This document shows, in pieces, positions 37,874-50,480 of a stretch of DNA of 64,000 bases. The position numbers and the translations under genes were made by a program. The DNA is from Mobula hypostoma (taxonomy: Eukaryota), in NCBI RefSeq assembly GCF_963921235.1, contig NC_086097.1:70558001-70622000 (forward strand), in the 5' to 3' direction. The notes beneath the pieces are model-generated. The model was given only the letters and a program-made list of their open reading frames with translations. It had not been told where the DNA came from and made no database searches. Every line of letters begins with the position of its first letter. Position 1 is the stretch's first letter.

Positions 37874-38029
37874 TCTGTTATTGTGTGTGTACATGATAAA
37901 GGACTGCAGTTCCCAGTGTGCAATGCGGACACTTCAACCAGAACCAGGAGTGACGCTGGTGAGCTGTAAATAAATATGTGTTAATTTTACCCAAGCTAAT
38001 TTTGCCTTTTATCAAGAACAAACATAGTA
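37874..38029 (+). repeat. 5' LTR of Gypsy element
   Basis: Shares tgttatt start and cttttatcaagaacaaa end with 42710-42760; aataaa inside; PBS follows immediately. Confidence 0.7.
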
Positions 38030-38040
38030 TGGTGTCAGAA
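38030..38040 (+). other. Primer binding site, likely tRNA-Leu
   Basis: TGGTGTCAGAA directly after the LTR; complementary to the recalled tRNA-Leu(CAA) 3' end UUCUGACACCA. Confidence 0.7.
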
Positions 38041-40729
38041 ATTGGCGTGAGGACGAAACACTGTGTGGAAATGTACCGTGAGCATTTTAAGAAAGAGACA
38101 CTAGATTCCGACAGAGAGAAGCTGCTGGCCAGACAGCATGTTGTGTCTAGAAGCTGCCATTGTTCACCAAATTCACCAAGACAGATTCACATGAGAGCCT
38201 GAAAATCCTGGCACGGATAAGCTAAGTCCTCCCACACCAATCCAGTTTACCAGCAATCTAACTGATAACTGGAAATGCTTCAAACAGCAAATCAATATAT
38301 ATATTTAGTGGCCAGAAGAGCTGGAGAGGAGGATGAAAAATTGAAAACTTCTATCTTTCTACACGTAATTGGCAAAAATGCTTTGGACATCTACAACAGC
38401 TTTCAACTTGATGAGTCAACCTTGACATTGGACACTCTGATGACAAAATTTGGGGAATATTTTGTCCTACATAAAAACATCATATTTGAAAGATATAAGT
38501 TATTTTTCTGTGACTAAGAACAAAGTTCTCACACACAGAGTAAGTCCTGTGAGTTTGGAGATTTCAGAGACTCACTAGTTAGAGACAAAATAGTTTGTGG
38601 AATCCCAGGTAATGGACTTAGAGAAACTCTGCTCCGTGAGAAAGACTTAATGCTGGAAAAAAAGGCTGTGGACATGTGTAGGGCAGTGGAGACCACACCA
38701 GCGCAGGCCAAGGATCTGCAGAGGGCAGAAACAACAGTGCATGCTGTAAAATCTGAGGGGCAGAGCACAAGACATTTCCCAAAGCAACAATGAAGCAGGC
38801 AGGTAAGGCTCCAACAGCAAATGCAGCAGAAGTGGAGGTAGGCACATCCCAGAGATATGTCCTGCAGATGGAAAGTCCTGCAATAATTGTGGGAAGAAGA
38901 ATTACTTTGCAAATTGCTGCAAAGTGGGGGCCACCAAGAGAAAGGTGCACACGGTTGCTAAGGAAATTGAAGAAGTCCTTGTAGATTCTTTACATTCTGC
39001 AGGTTCTGGAAAGACAGAATGGATTGTTCCAGTGACTGTGAATGAGGCAGTAATCCCATTCAAGTTTGATACTGGAGCCCAGGTGAATCTGTTGCCCATG
39101 GATGATTACAAGACACTCAAAAGTAAAAAGCAAAATGTATCTGATTAAGTTTAAAGTGATAGCGTACACTAGAGAGAACGCTCCAGTAAGAAGGGAGACT
39201 GACCTTCAAGCACAAGGGACAGCATTGAAAGGTACAGCTACTGATTGTAGAAAAGTGAGTACAGCCAATATTAGGTCTGAGTGCATGTGAAAAGCTCAAC
39301 TTGTTGAGGAGAGACCACAAAGTGACTTCACAGTCCAAAGGTGACCACATTTTACTCATGGAAGAGCAAATGTCTTTGAGGGGCTTGGATGCTTATCTGG
39401 TGTACACAAAATTCATATAGATTAGACAGTGGCTGCTGTTGTCCATGCATGCAGGAAAGTTCTGTTTGCACGCAGAGACAAATTCAAACAAGAATGAGCA
39501 CCCACAGATGGATGAATGTCATACAGAAAACTGAAGATCCAACAGATTGGGTGAGTTCACTGGTCATTGTGCAAAAGAAAATGGAGCATTGCATCTATGT
39601 CTAGACTCAAGAGATCTCAATAAAGCCATCAAGAGAGAGCATTTTAAATTGCCAGCATGGTAGGAAATCATGCACCAGTTTTCAGGAGCCAAGTGATTTA
39701 GTAAACTCGACTCATTGTCTGGGTTTTGACAGATGAAGCTTGATGAGACAAGTTCAAGACTGTGAACTTTTAGTACATCTGAAAGGAGATACCGCTTTCT
39801 TCGGCTGCCGTGTGGGATCCTGTCTGCACCAGAAGTCCACCATAAAAGCATCCACGTGATCTTTGAGGACATACTTGGTGTTGAGACCATGATGGATGAC
39901 ATCATCATTTGGTGGTTTTTCAAGGAGAACATGATTCACAGCTGAGGCAGGTGCTGGATGTGACATGGAATGTCAATTTGAAATTAAATAAAGAAAACTA
40001 TGTTTGGTGTTAAGACACTGACTAGCATAGGAGATATCATATCAGAAGAGAGAGTGAAGCCTGACCTAAGAAAGACAGCAGCCATTATGAACATGGAGAG
40101 GCCCCAAAACAAAGAAGAGGTGAGATGTTTCCTGTGGATGGTGACTTAACTGGCTGAGTTTATCCCTTGACTATTTACTGTGTCAGCATCACTTAGGTCA
40201 CTCCTTGAGCAGTGAAATGAGTGGATTTGGTCTCAAGAGCAAGAAGAGTGTTTCCAGAAGTTGAAAAGAATCTTAACTGAAGAGCCCATGTTGAAGTTTT
40301 ATGATCTGGAAAGGTGTACTAGAATCTTAGCTGATGAGTCCTGGTATGGTCTTGGAGCTGTACTACTGCAGGAGCATGATGACACATGGCAACCTGTGGC
40401 CTATGCATCAAGAGCTTTAACAAGTGCAGAAGCCAAATATACATAGAGAGAGAAAGAGCTTCTCGCCAGTACATATACATGCAAAAGGTTCCATCAGTAT
40501 ATCTATGGACAAGCTTTTGAAGTGGAGACAGCCCATAAACCACTGATGTCAATTATGTCCAGACCACTGAATGACTGTCCCATGAGGATACAGCGCATGT
40601 TGATAAGGCTGCAGAACTATGACATGAAGATTTCCCACACACTGTGAAAATATATGTTTGCTGCTGATGTGTTGTCTGGAGCAGTCAACAAAAATGAAAA
40701 GAGTGACCAAGAGATTAATGTAGATACAC

Positions 40730-41247
40730 AGTCAAGACAAGTCAAGTCAGTTTTTATTGTCATTTCGACCATAACTGCTGGTACAGTGCACAGTAAAAAC
40801 GAGACAATGTTTTTCAGGACCATTGTGCTACATGAAACGATACAAAAACTACACTGAACTACGTAAAAACAACACAAAAACTACACTAGACTACAGACCT
40901 ACCCAGGACTGCATAAAGTGCACAAAACAGTGCAGGCATTACAATAAATAATAAACAAGACAATAGGCACAGTAGAGGCAAGTAGGTTGGTGTCAGCCCA
41001 GGCTCTGGGTATTGAGGAGTCTGATGGCTTGGGGGAGGAAACTGTTACATAGTCTGGTCGTGAGAGCCCGGATGCTTTGTTGCCTTTTGCCAGACGGCAG
41101 GAGGGAGAAGAATTTGTATGAGCAGTGCGTGGGGTCCTTCATAATGCTGTTTGCTTTACGAATGCAGCGTGTGGTGTAAATGTCTCTAATGGCAGGAAGA
41201 GAGACCCCAATGATCTTCTCAGCTGACCTCACTATCCACTGCAGGGT
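40730..41247 (-). mobile_element. Rex1/Babar 3' end inserted in Gypsy pol
   Basis: LPAIRDIYTTRCIRKANSIMKDPTH..FSLLPSGKR..FLPQAIRLLN; (CTTGA)n tail; the pol frame DTQ|VYVDKIV rejoins across it. Confidence 0.88.
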
Positions 41248-42697
41248 CTATGTTGACAAGATTGTCACTTCCATTCCAATATCTCCTGAGAGAACAGAGA
41301 AGATTAGAACAGCCACAGGGACAGTTGAAACAATGAAAGAACTCAAAGGTACGATACAGAAAGGATGGCCAGCAGCAAAGTATGACTGTCTATAGTGTAT
41401 TTGGGATTATTGGGCAAGCAGAGCTGAACTGTCAGTAGTGGAAGATATGATCTTCAAAGAGAATAGGTTTGTGATTCCAGTTTTGCTACTCAAGGAAATG
41501 CTCCAGAAGATACACAAAGGGTACCTTGGTGAGGAAAAATGTAAACGAAGAGCTCGTGAAGTGATGTATGGCCAAGAATGAACCAAGACGTCAGCCAGAC
41601 CGCTGCTTCATGTGAGTCATATCTTTCCAACAGACCAAAGCAGCAGAACTGCTGACACCACACCCTGTATCAGACAGACTGTACTGCTAAATTGGAGTGG
41701 ATTTGTTTGAATGTAATAGGAAGAGTCATATTGTTGTAAAAGACTACCTTTCCAATTACCCAGAGGTTGCAACACTGCAATCAACATCCAGCAAAGTGGT
41801 CATTAAATTCCTGAAAGATATGCTTGTGAGGCATGGATTTCTATGTGAAGTGGTATCAGACAATGGTCCACAATGTTTGAGCTGTGAATTTGAGTCCTTT
41901 GCCAATGATTGGGGGTTTCAACATTTAACTTCAAGCTCACATCACCCAAAATCGAATGGCCTAACAGAGAGTTCAGTCAGGGTAGTGAAGGGCCTCGTGA
42001 AGAAGGCATAAGATGGATGACAGGACTCCCACAAAAGGCTGAAGATTTACAGAAGTGCACCAATGCAGAATGGCCTTTCACATGCCATAATGCTGATGGG
42101 CCAACATATATGTACTAACATTACAGTGTGCGAAAACCTGTTGACACCTAAAGGAGCACCCAAGGTCAAATCAGCGAAGGAGAAAGGGAAAGAGAAACAG
42201 AAACAACATCATGGCAAGACTGCAGAAGGCCTACCAGTTCTGAAGCCTGGAGGTCAAGTGTGAATCTAAAATCACGGTCCCGGCACATGGTCCATGCAAA
42301 AGGAAGCTACCCCACATTCCTAACAGCTTCAGATGGAATGAGGAACACCTCTGAGAACAAATTTTGCAGATCAATGACCATGAGTTCCAACCCATAGCTG
42401 TGAGACATCACCTGTCAGTACACCAAATGGGTCAGTAAATGTGAAAAATTAATTTATTGATTAGATTTCACAGAAAGACGCTAATATTAATACAGCTAAA
42501 GAAAGAAATACATCTGTGGAGACAAATAGCAGACCAAAAAGGATCATCAACTCACTTCAGAGACTAATTGAGTGTTGCTCAGTGAATAAGGGACTGTATT
42601 TGCTCATTACAATTGAAGTTATTGTAAGTATCTGTGTTGGGAAGCATTATTGATTCCGCAGGTTTATAAGGACATAGTATTGTGTTTATTTTTCTTT

Positions 42698-42760
42698 AAA
42701 GGGGGAAGATGTGTTATTATGTTATGCTATATTTGTCTTTTATCAAGAACAAAAATAATA
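42698..42760 (+). repeat. Polypurine tract plus internally deleted 3' LTR
   Basis: aaagggggaaga followed by TG; 51-bp LTR that keeps only the ends of the 5' LTR. Confidence 0.7.
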
Positions 42761-42851
42761 CCTACCACTCCGTGTCAAAAAACTTGCCTCGTAGATGCAC
42801 TTTAAGTTTCCTTCCCTCACCTTAAAGCTAGACCTCATTGTGTTTCACATA

Positions 42852-43524
42852 CAATTGGCCCTCCATATCCGCGGGTTCCGCATCCGCAAGATTCAACCAA
42901 CCGCGGATGGAAAATATTTGAAAAAAAAATTCCAGAAAGTTCCAAAAAACAAAACTTGAATTTGCCACACGCTGAGCACTACGCTGAATGCACGTGAACG
43001 AAGTGATGTGTAGGCATACCCTGCTGTAGCCTCCCGCCATTTCACAGATCCTCAGTCCCTCTCCAGCATTGTTTGAGCATTGTCCGCCTCGCATCTCATT
43101 CATTCGCTTCTTGTGTTGTGAGCGAGAGGAAGGAGCTTAAGGCTAGTTAGGAATGGCTGGCTAGCTATGTAAAGCGCTACAGCCTCAAGAACTTAAAGAT
43201 CACGGGAGAATTGGCATTGGCTGATGCCGAGGCAACATCAGTGTTCCCAGAAGAGCTACGATGTTCGCGTCTGTACTGAACATGTACAGACTTTTTTTCT
43301 TGTCATTATTCCCTAAACAATACAGTATAACAACTATTTACATAACATTTACATTGTATTAGGCATTATAAGTAATCTAGAAATGATTTAAAGTATACGG
43401 GAGGATGTGCATAGGTTATATGCAAATACTACGCCATTTTATATAAGGGACTTGAGCATCCGCAGATTTTGGTATCCGCAGGGGGTCCTGGAACCAATCC
43501 CCCGTGGATCCTGAGGGATGACTG
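42852..43524 (+). mobile_element. Tigger/pogo DNA transposon, internally deleted, MER2-like, TA TSD
   Basis: TA at 42850-42851 and 43525-43526; imperfect TIRs caattggccctccatatccgcggg / cccgtggatcctgagggatgactg; transposase fragment 43127-43261 RKELKAS*EWLASYVKRYSLKNLKITGELALADAEATSVFPEELR. Confidence 0.88.
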
Positions 43525-44899
43525 TATACAGGAAAACAACACTGAATATCCACTCTCTCTTTGCCTCTCATAATTTTATATGCTTCTGTAAGGTCATTCC
43601 AGAGAAAACCACCTATGCTTGAAAAGCCTATCCTTATAGCTAATGGCTCTCTAATCCAGGCGTAATCCTAGTGAACCTATTTTACACCCTCTCCAAAGCC
43701 TCTGCATCATTCTTGCAACACGGTGACCAGAACTGCAAATAGTTTTATATAGCGGAAACATAACTTCCTAATTCTTGTGCTCAGCACCTCAACCAATGAA
43801 GGCAAGCATGTCGTGTGCCTTCTTACCACCCCATCTGCTTGTGTTGCTACTATCGGGGAGCTATAAACTTGCACCCCAAGATCACTCTTAACATCAGTGT
43901 TCCTAAGATTACAACCATTTACTGTGTACTGCGGAGATCACTCAAATCAGACACAGGTAATGCCTGACCTAGATCTGGCTGACTGGCCATACAATTTTGT
44001 TGCTTTGTCTGTCACTACTCGGTCTTGTGACAAGGCTAAGGTTGAGGGAGACCTATGGTGTGAATACATTCCACTGATACAGGACACAGCATGTTGCAGT
44101 ATCACGTCACACCAGTTCATTGAAAATCATTGAAGTCACAGAATTAACTGATGATTTTTATGTAATTCCGAGTTTTTCTGAGGAAACCGACAGACAAATA
44201 CTTGGTGCTGCTTCTTATCTCATTTGCATGTGTGAGTTTCTTTATGCTCACTGCCTCGTTTCTTCCCACAGCTGGTGCTCATTTATATAAATGCACCCTT
44301 ATGCTATAGGGAGACAGGCACAAATTTCTTGCTTTCATGCTACCAAACTACAGTTGCTAATTATGTCCTAATAACAGGACTCTATTACCTAATATTTGAT
44401 GTTGAAATTGCTTAACTCATAATAAATCTCATTGCTATTTTGTTAATTATTGAAGTTGGATAATTGGGAATGCTGATTGCAAGGTATTTTATGAACACCA
44501 TAGTGTAAATGAGAAACACGTGTCCCATGTATGTTATAATATGCAAACTAAGCACATTCAGCCAGACTGTTTATGCTGCACATCAGCTTTTCCCATCCTT
44601 TGTCTCCAACAAATTCTGGACATTGTTTCCCCAGTCTTCCTCAATTCCTTTCTACCTTGGGTATTTTCATGGCTGAGGGTTCCATGTTCTTAGTTCCTTC
44701 AGAATTCTCTGGATACCAGTGATCATATTGCATTTTTTCATCGCTGGCACTGAAATCTATGCTGGGCTCTGCATTGACTTTATCAAACCCATTAAAATTT
44801 TAAACAATTTTAAAATAAAGTCACCCTCCTTGATATCTGTGAATTTCGCATGATGATTATAACTTGGGGATTGGCTCCAATGAACTCTGTGACTGCGCA

Positions 44900-45215
44900 T
44901 AAAACATTGAACAGTACAGGCCCTTCGGCCCATGATGTTGTGCTGACTTTTAAACTTAGTCCAAGATCAATCTAACATTTTCCTCCCACGTAGACTATTC
45001 TTTTCATCCCTGTGCCCACCTAAGTGTCATTTAAATCTCCCATATATATTCGCCTCTACCACACCCCTGGCAATGTGTTCCATGCTCTTGCAATACTCAG
45101 AAGAAAAGAATTGACCTCTGATGTCCCCACTATACTTTCCTTGAATATTCTCAAAATTATGCTTTCTCATATTAGCTGTTTCCGTCCTGGGAAAGAGGCG
45201 GTCGTTGTCCACTTT
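44900..45215 (-). mobile_element. CR1 3' fragment
   Basis: ggcccttcggcccatgatgttgtgc tail region; ctctaccacacccctggcaatgtgttccatgc. Confidence 0.65.
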
Positions 45216-45506
45216 ATCTCTGGTTACCCAAATGGACTAGGTTTTAATCTTCCCATTCAAGGAAGAATGAATGGGATCGCTGCCTAATCACTTGAGCATG
45301 CCTTGACCACAGTTCAGTTCCCTCATGTGGAAATTGTCTACCGGGCTGTAAGTTGAATTCCCATTATCAAGTAGGAACCCCTTATGGCACTGAAAGGAAA
45401 TTCCAGGAATTCCAGTGCTATAAATCACAGTAAATCATATATGATAAAAGTGTCCAAAATATCATGGAGGGAATTTCATTGGACTCATGTCAGAGGTCAA
45501 CTCAAT

Positions 45507-48500
45507 CATAAGACCATAGGACATAGGAGCAGAATTAGGCCATCTGGCCCATCAAGTCTGCTCCACCATTTAATCATGGCTGATCCTTTTTTTCTATCTC
45601 CTCCTCAACTCCAGTTCCCGGCCTTCTGCCCGTAACCTTTGATGCCATGTCCAATCAAGAGCCTATCAATCTCTGTCTTAAATACACCCAACGACCTGGC
45701 CTCCACAGCTGCATGTGGCAACAAATTCCACAAATTCACCGCCCTTTGGATGAAGAAATTTTGCCGCATTTCTGTTTTGAAAGTGTTCCCCTCTATCCTG
45801 AAGCTGTACCCTCTTGTCCTAGACTCTCCCACCATGGGAAACATTCTTTCCACATCTACTCTGTCTAAGCCTTCAACATTCAAAAGATTTCAATGAGATC
45901 CCCCCTCATTCTTCTGAATTCCAGTGAGTACAGACCCAGAGCCATCAAATGTTCTTTGTATGATAATATTTTCATTCCTGGAATCATCCTTGTGAACCTC
46001 CTCTGGACCCTCTTCATTGTCAGCATATCTTTTCTAAGATGAGGCACCGAATACTGTTCACAATACTGAAGGTGAGGCCTTACCAGTGCCTTATAAAGCC
46101 TCAGCATCACATCCTTGCTCTTGTATTCTAGACCTCTTGAAATGAATGCTAACATGGCATATGCCATCCTCACCACTGACTCAACCTGCAAGCTAACCTT
46201 CAGGGTGTTCTGCACAAGGACTCCCAAGTCCCTCTGCATCTCAGATCCCTGAAATTTTTCCCCAGTTAGAATATAGTCCGTGCCTTTACTTCTACTACCA
46301 AAGTGCATGACCATGCAGTTTCCAATATTGTATTTCATTTGCCACTTTCATGCCCATTCTCCTAATCTGTTGAAGTCCTTCTGCATCCTACCTGTTTCGT
46401 CAACACTGCTGCCCCTCCACCAATCTTTGTATCATCTGCAAACTTGAGAACAAATCTATCTATTCCATTATCTAAATCATTTATGTACAGCATAAAAAGA
46501 AATAGTCCCAACACCGACCCCTGCGGAGCACCACTAGTCACTGGCAGCCAACCAAGAAAGGATCCTTTTATTCCCATTCACTGCCTCCTACCAATCAGCC
46601 AATGCTCCAACCATGTTAGCAAGTTTCCTGTAATACCGTGGGCTCTTAACTTCATGTGTGACACCTTGTCAAAGGCCTTCTGAAAGTCCAAATATACAAC
46701 ATCCACTGCATCCCCTTTATCTATCCTATGTGTAATCTCCTCAGAGAATTCCAAAAGGTTCATCAGGCAGGATTTTCCCTGAAGGAAACCATGCTGACTT
46801 TATACTATCTTGTTCTGTGTCACCAAGTACTCCATAACTTCATCCTTTTCAATTGAATCTAACATCTTCCCAACCACTGCGGTCAACTTAACTGGTCTAT
46901 AATTTCCTTTCTGCTGCCTTCCTCCTTTCTTAAAGAGTTGAGTAACATTTACGATTTTCCAGTTCTCTGTCACCATGTCAGAGTCAAATGATTTTTGAAA
47001 GATCATTTCTAATGCCACCACAATCTCTAACGCAACCACTTTAAGAATCTTAGGGTGCAGTTCCCTTGGTCCGGGTGACTTATGTACCTTTAGGTCTTTC
47101 AGCTTTTTGAGCATCTTCTCTCTTGTAATAGTAACTGCACCCACTTCTCTTCCTTCACACACTACAACATCTGGCATACTGCTAGTGTCTTCCACAGTGA
47201 AGACTGACACAAAGTACCTCATTTATTTCAGTAGCCATCTCTTTGTCCCCCATTATTATTTCTCCTGCCTCATTTTCTAGCGGTCCTATATCCACTTTCA
47301 TTTCTCTTTCATTTTTAACATACTTGAAAACTTTGATCTTATTTGCCAGCTTGCTTCCATATTTCATCTTTTCCCTTCTAATGATTTTTTATTTGCTCTC
47401 TGTAGGTTTTTTAAAACTTCCCAGTCCTCTATCTTCCTAATAAATTTTGCTTTGTTGCACACTTTTTCTTTTGCTTTTATAATAGCTTTGACTTCTCCTG
47501 TCAGCCATGGTTGTATTATTTTACCATTTGAGTATTTCTTCATTTTTGGTATACACACGTCCTGCACCTTCCTCATTTTCCCCAGAAATGCGCACTATTG
47601 CTGCTCCACTGACATCCCTGTCAGCATCTCCTTCCAATTTACTTTGGCCAACTGCTCTCTCATATAACTGTAATTTCCCTTACTCCACTGAAATACTGCT
47701 ACGTCAGACTTCACTTTCTCCCTATCAAATTTCAAGTTGAACACAATCATATTGTGATCACTGGTTCCTAAGGATTTTTTTACCCTAAGCTCCCTAGTTG
47801 CCCCCAATTCATTACATAATACCCAATCTAGTTTAGCTGATCCCCGAGTAGGCTCAACGATAAACTGCTCTAAAAAGTTATCTCTTAGACATTCAGCAAA
47901 CTCACTCTCTTGAGATCCATTACCAACCTGATTTTCCCAATCGACCTGCATTTTAAAATCTCCCATGGCTACCATCACATTGTCCTTTTGACTCGCCTTT
48001 TCTATTTCCTGTTGTAACTTGTGGTCCACCTCCCAGCCACTGTTGGGAGGCCTGTATATAACTGCCGTCAATGTCTTTTTACTCTTGCAGTTTCTTAACT
48101 CAGCCCACAAGAATTCAACAACATCCAATCCTATATCACATCTTTCTACTGGTTTGATGCCATTCTCTACCAGCAGAGCCACACCACCCTCTCTGCCTAC
48201 CTTCCTGTCCCTCTGATACAACATGTAATCTTGGAAATTCAGCTCCCAACTACAACCATCCTTCAACCACGATTCAGTGATGGCCACAACATCATACATG
48301 GGAATCTGTAATAGTGCAACAAGATTATCCACCTCATTTCTTACACTACGCGGATTTAGATACACCTTGAGTACTGTATTTGCTATCCTTTCTGACTCTG
48401 CATCCCTAATGATTTGATACTCAAGCCTGTTGGATGCAACTAAGTCCCATCACCTGCCTGCCCTTCCTGACCATCTGACTGCACGCTATCTTTACTTTTT

Positions 48501-49552
48501 TACCATCCATCCTTTTCTGAGTCCCTTCACTCTGGTTCACCCCGCCCCCCCCCCCACTGTCAAGTTAGTTTAAACCCTCACCAACAGCTCTAACAAACCT
48601 GCCTGCGAGAATATTGGTCCCCCTCAGGTTCAGGTGCAACCTGTCACTTTTGAACAGGTCATACCTCCCCCAGAAGAGATACCAATTATCCAAGAACCTG
48701 AAGCCCTGGCCCCTGTACCAACTTCTCAGCCACACATTTATCTGCCAAATCATCCTGTTTCTACCCTCACTGGTGTGTGGCACAGGTATCAATCCAAAAA
48801 TTACTACCCGGGAGGTCCTGCTGCTCAGCTTCCTACCTAGCTCTCAAAATTCTCTTTTCGGGACCTCATTGCCTTTCCTTCCTATGTCATTGGTATCAAT
48901 ATGTACCAAGACATCTGGCTGCTTCCCCTCCCTCTTCAAAATGCTGTGAACGCAATCTGAGACATCCCTGACCCTGGCACCTGGGAGGCAACATACCATC
49001 CAGCTGCCCCGTTCACGTCCGCAGAATCTTCTGTCTGATCCCCTCACTATCGAATCCCCTATCACTACTGCTCCCTTCTTCTCTCTCTCTTTCCCTTCTG
49101 CACCACAGACCCGTGCTCAGTGCCTGTAACCCGGTTGGTGTCCCGTTCACGTCCGCAGAATCTCCTGTCTGATCCCCTCACTATCGAATCCCCTATCACT
49201 ACCGCTCCCTTCTTTTCTCTTTCCCTTCTGCACCATGGACCCGTGCTCATTGCCTGTAACCCGGTCGGTGTCCCGTTCACGTCCGCAGAATCTCCTGTCT
49301 GATCCCCTCACTATCGAATCCCCTATCACTACCACTCCCTTCTTCTCTCTCTCTCTTTCCCTTCTGCACCATGGACCCGTGCTCGGTGCCTGTAACCCGG
49401 TTGGTGTCCCGTTCACGTCCGCAGAATCTCCTGTCTGATCCCCTCACTATCGAATCCCCTATCACTACTGCTCCCTTCTTCTCTCTCTCTTTCCCTTCTG
49501 CACCACAGACCCGTGCTCGGTGCCTGTAACCCGGTCGGTGTGGCGTTCTCCT
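45507..49552 (-). mobile_element. Long CR1 LINE: ORF1 esterase part plus complete but broken ORF2 (APE-RT)
   Basis: ORF1 IGDSIVRG...VCCLPGARVRD (SGNH esterase); EN YLNPRSVRN..VAITESWL..SDHNMI (47595-48365); RT YLDFQKAFDKV, PQGSVLG, KFADDTK; (TCTTATGG)-type tail at 45507. Confidence 0.95.
49008..49541. repeat. Four tandem 130-136 bp copies of a CR1 ORF1 segment
   Basis: Units start at 49008, 49142, 49272 and 49408 (cccgttcacgtccgcagaatc...). Confidence 0.95.
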
Positions 49553-50164
49553 TTAGGTTATTGTTGTCCTTAGGTGCAAGGGCGTCACCAGTGGGAGGCA
49601 CAAGATTGGAGCAGCTTGCTCTGTTTTGGCCTGAGTTAATGATCACTCAGTGATTAAGGAGGAGTGAAGAATGTCAAGTAGAGGAAGGAGGAGGACATAG
49701 CAAAGTTACTGTCAACATTGTACTATTGCCTGCACTACAACAGTTTGGAATAGACTTGCAAAGACAAACATGGATAAAATTGATGGGATGTGCGTGCCAA
49801 GAACAAATATGGTCCACGATAAGCTTCAGAGAAACTATGCCAAATCAATCACAACTTCTGGGTGATGAGAAGTAAGGGGGTGAAATTAGAAATGATAAAA
49901 ATGATATAACATTTAGAGGTTTGAGAGGTACTACTGCCCATGTGATACAGTAAATCATACACAAACAAACTGCATGTTTCAATATAAAGGGTAACCCAAG
50001 CCATCACCCTGAAATATTTGCCACTTAATTAAGTAAATAACAATATGCTGGAATAGTCATCTGGTAGGAGCCATCAGCCAGACATGCTGTATTATTAGAT
50101 TTTAAACATTTATACCAACACTGGAACTCTTGTCATGTAAATAACAGGCCAGAAAAAACAGAGG

Positions 50165-50480
50165 GCTTTTTCTCCCTCTGTCCCTCTCACTATACCCCTT
50201 GCCCATCCTCTAGGTTCCCCCCCCTTTTCTTTCTCCCTAGACCTCCTGTCCCATGATCCTCTCATATCCCTTTTGCCAATCACCTGTCCAGCTCTTGGCT
50301 CCATCCCTCCCCCTCCTGTCTTCTCCTATCATTTTGGATCACCCCTCCCCCTCCCACTTTCAAGTCTCTTACTAGCTCTTCTTTCAGTTAGTCCTGATGA
50401 AGGGTCTTGGCCTGAAACATCGACTGTACCTCTTCCTAGAGATGCTGCCTGGCCTGCTGCGTTCTAGCAACTTTGATGTG
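50165..50480 (+). mobile_element. Penelope-like element 3' region: pyrimidine-rich tract plus pLTR with hammerhead
   Basis: C/T-rich tract, then sequence nearly identical to 14568-14673. Confidence 0.75.
50389..50426 (+). ncRNA. Minimal type I hammerhead ribozyme motif, core intact
   Basis: uaguc-CUGAUGA-A-GGGU(CUUG)GCCU-GAAA-C-AUC-gacug; predicted cleavage after C50421. Confidence 0.7.

Larger units (their letters stand above)
37874..42760 (+). mobile_element. Degenerate Gypsy LTR retrotransposon (Mag-like) with gag-PR-RT-RH-IN remnants
   Basis: gag LHVIGKNALDIYNSF..NIIFERY, Cys knuckles, protease FDTGAQVNLLP, RT MDDIII, RNase H ADESWYGLGAVLLQ, integrase SDNGPQ..PKSNGLTE; many stops and frameshifts. 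Confidence 0.92.
37780..43930 (-). mobile_element. Old CR1 3' portion hosting nested Gypsy and Tigger insertions (pieces ~37780-37873, 42761-42849, 43527-43930)
   Basis: Pieces join into continuous CR1 antisense sequence (gcctcttaaatg...ggcagc...|ccact..gtgtcaaaaaactt...|...gaccagaactg...ccaatgaaggcaagcatg). Confidence 0.7.

Noticed and set aside
47595..48365. 256-aa ORF as a cellular AP endonuclease
   Set aside because: It is the APE domain of the surrounding broken CR1.
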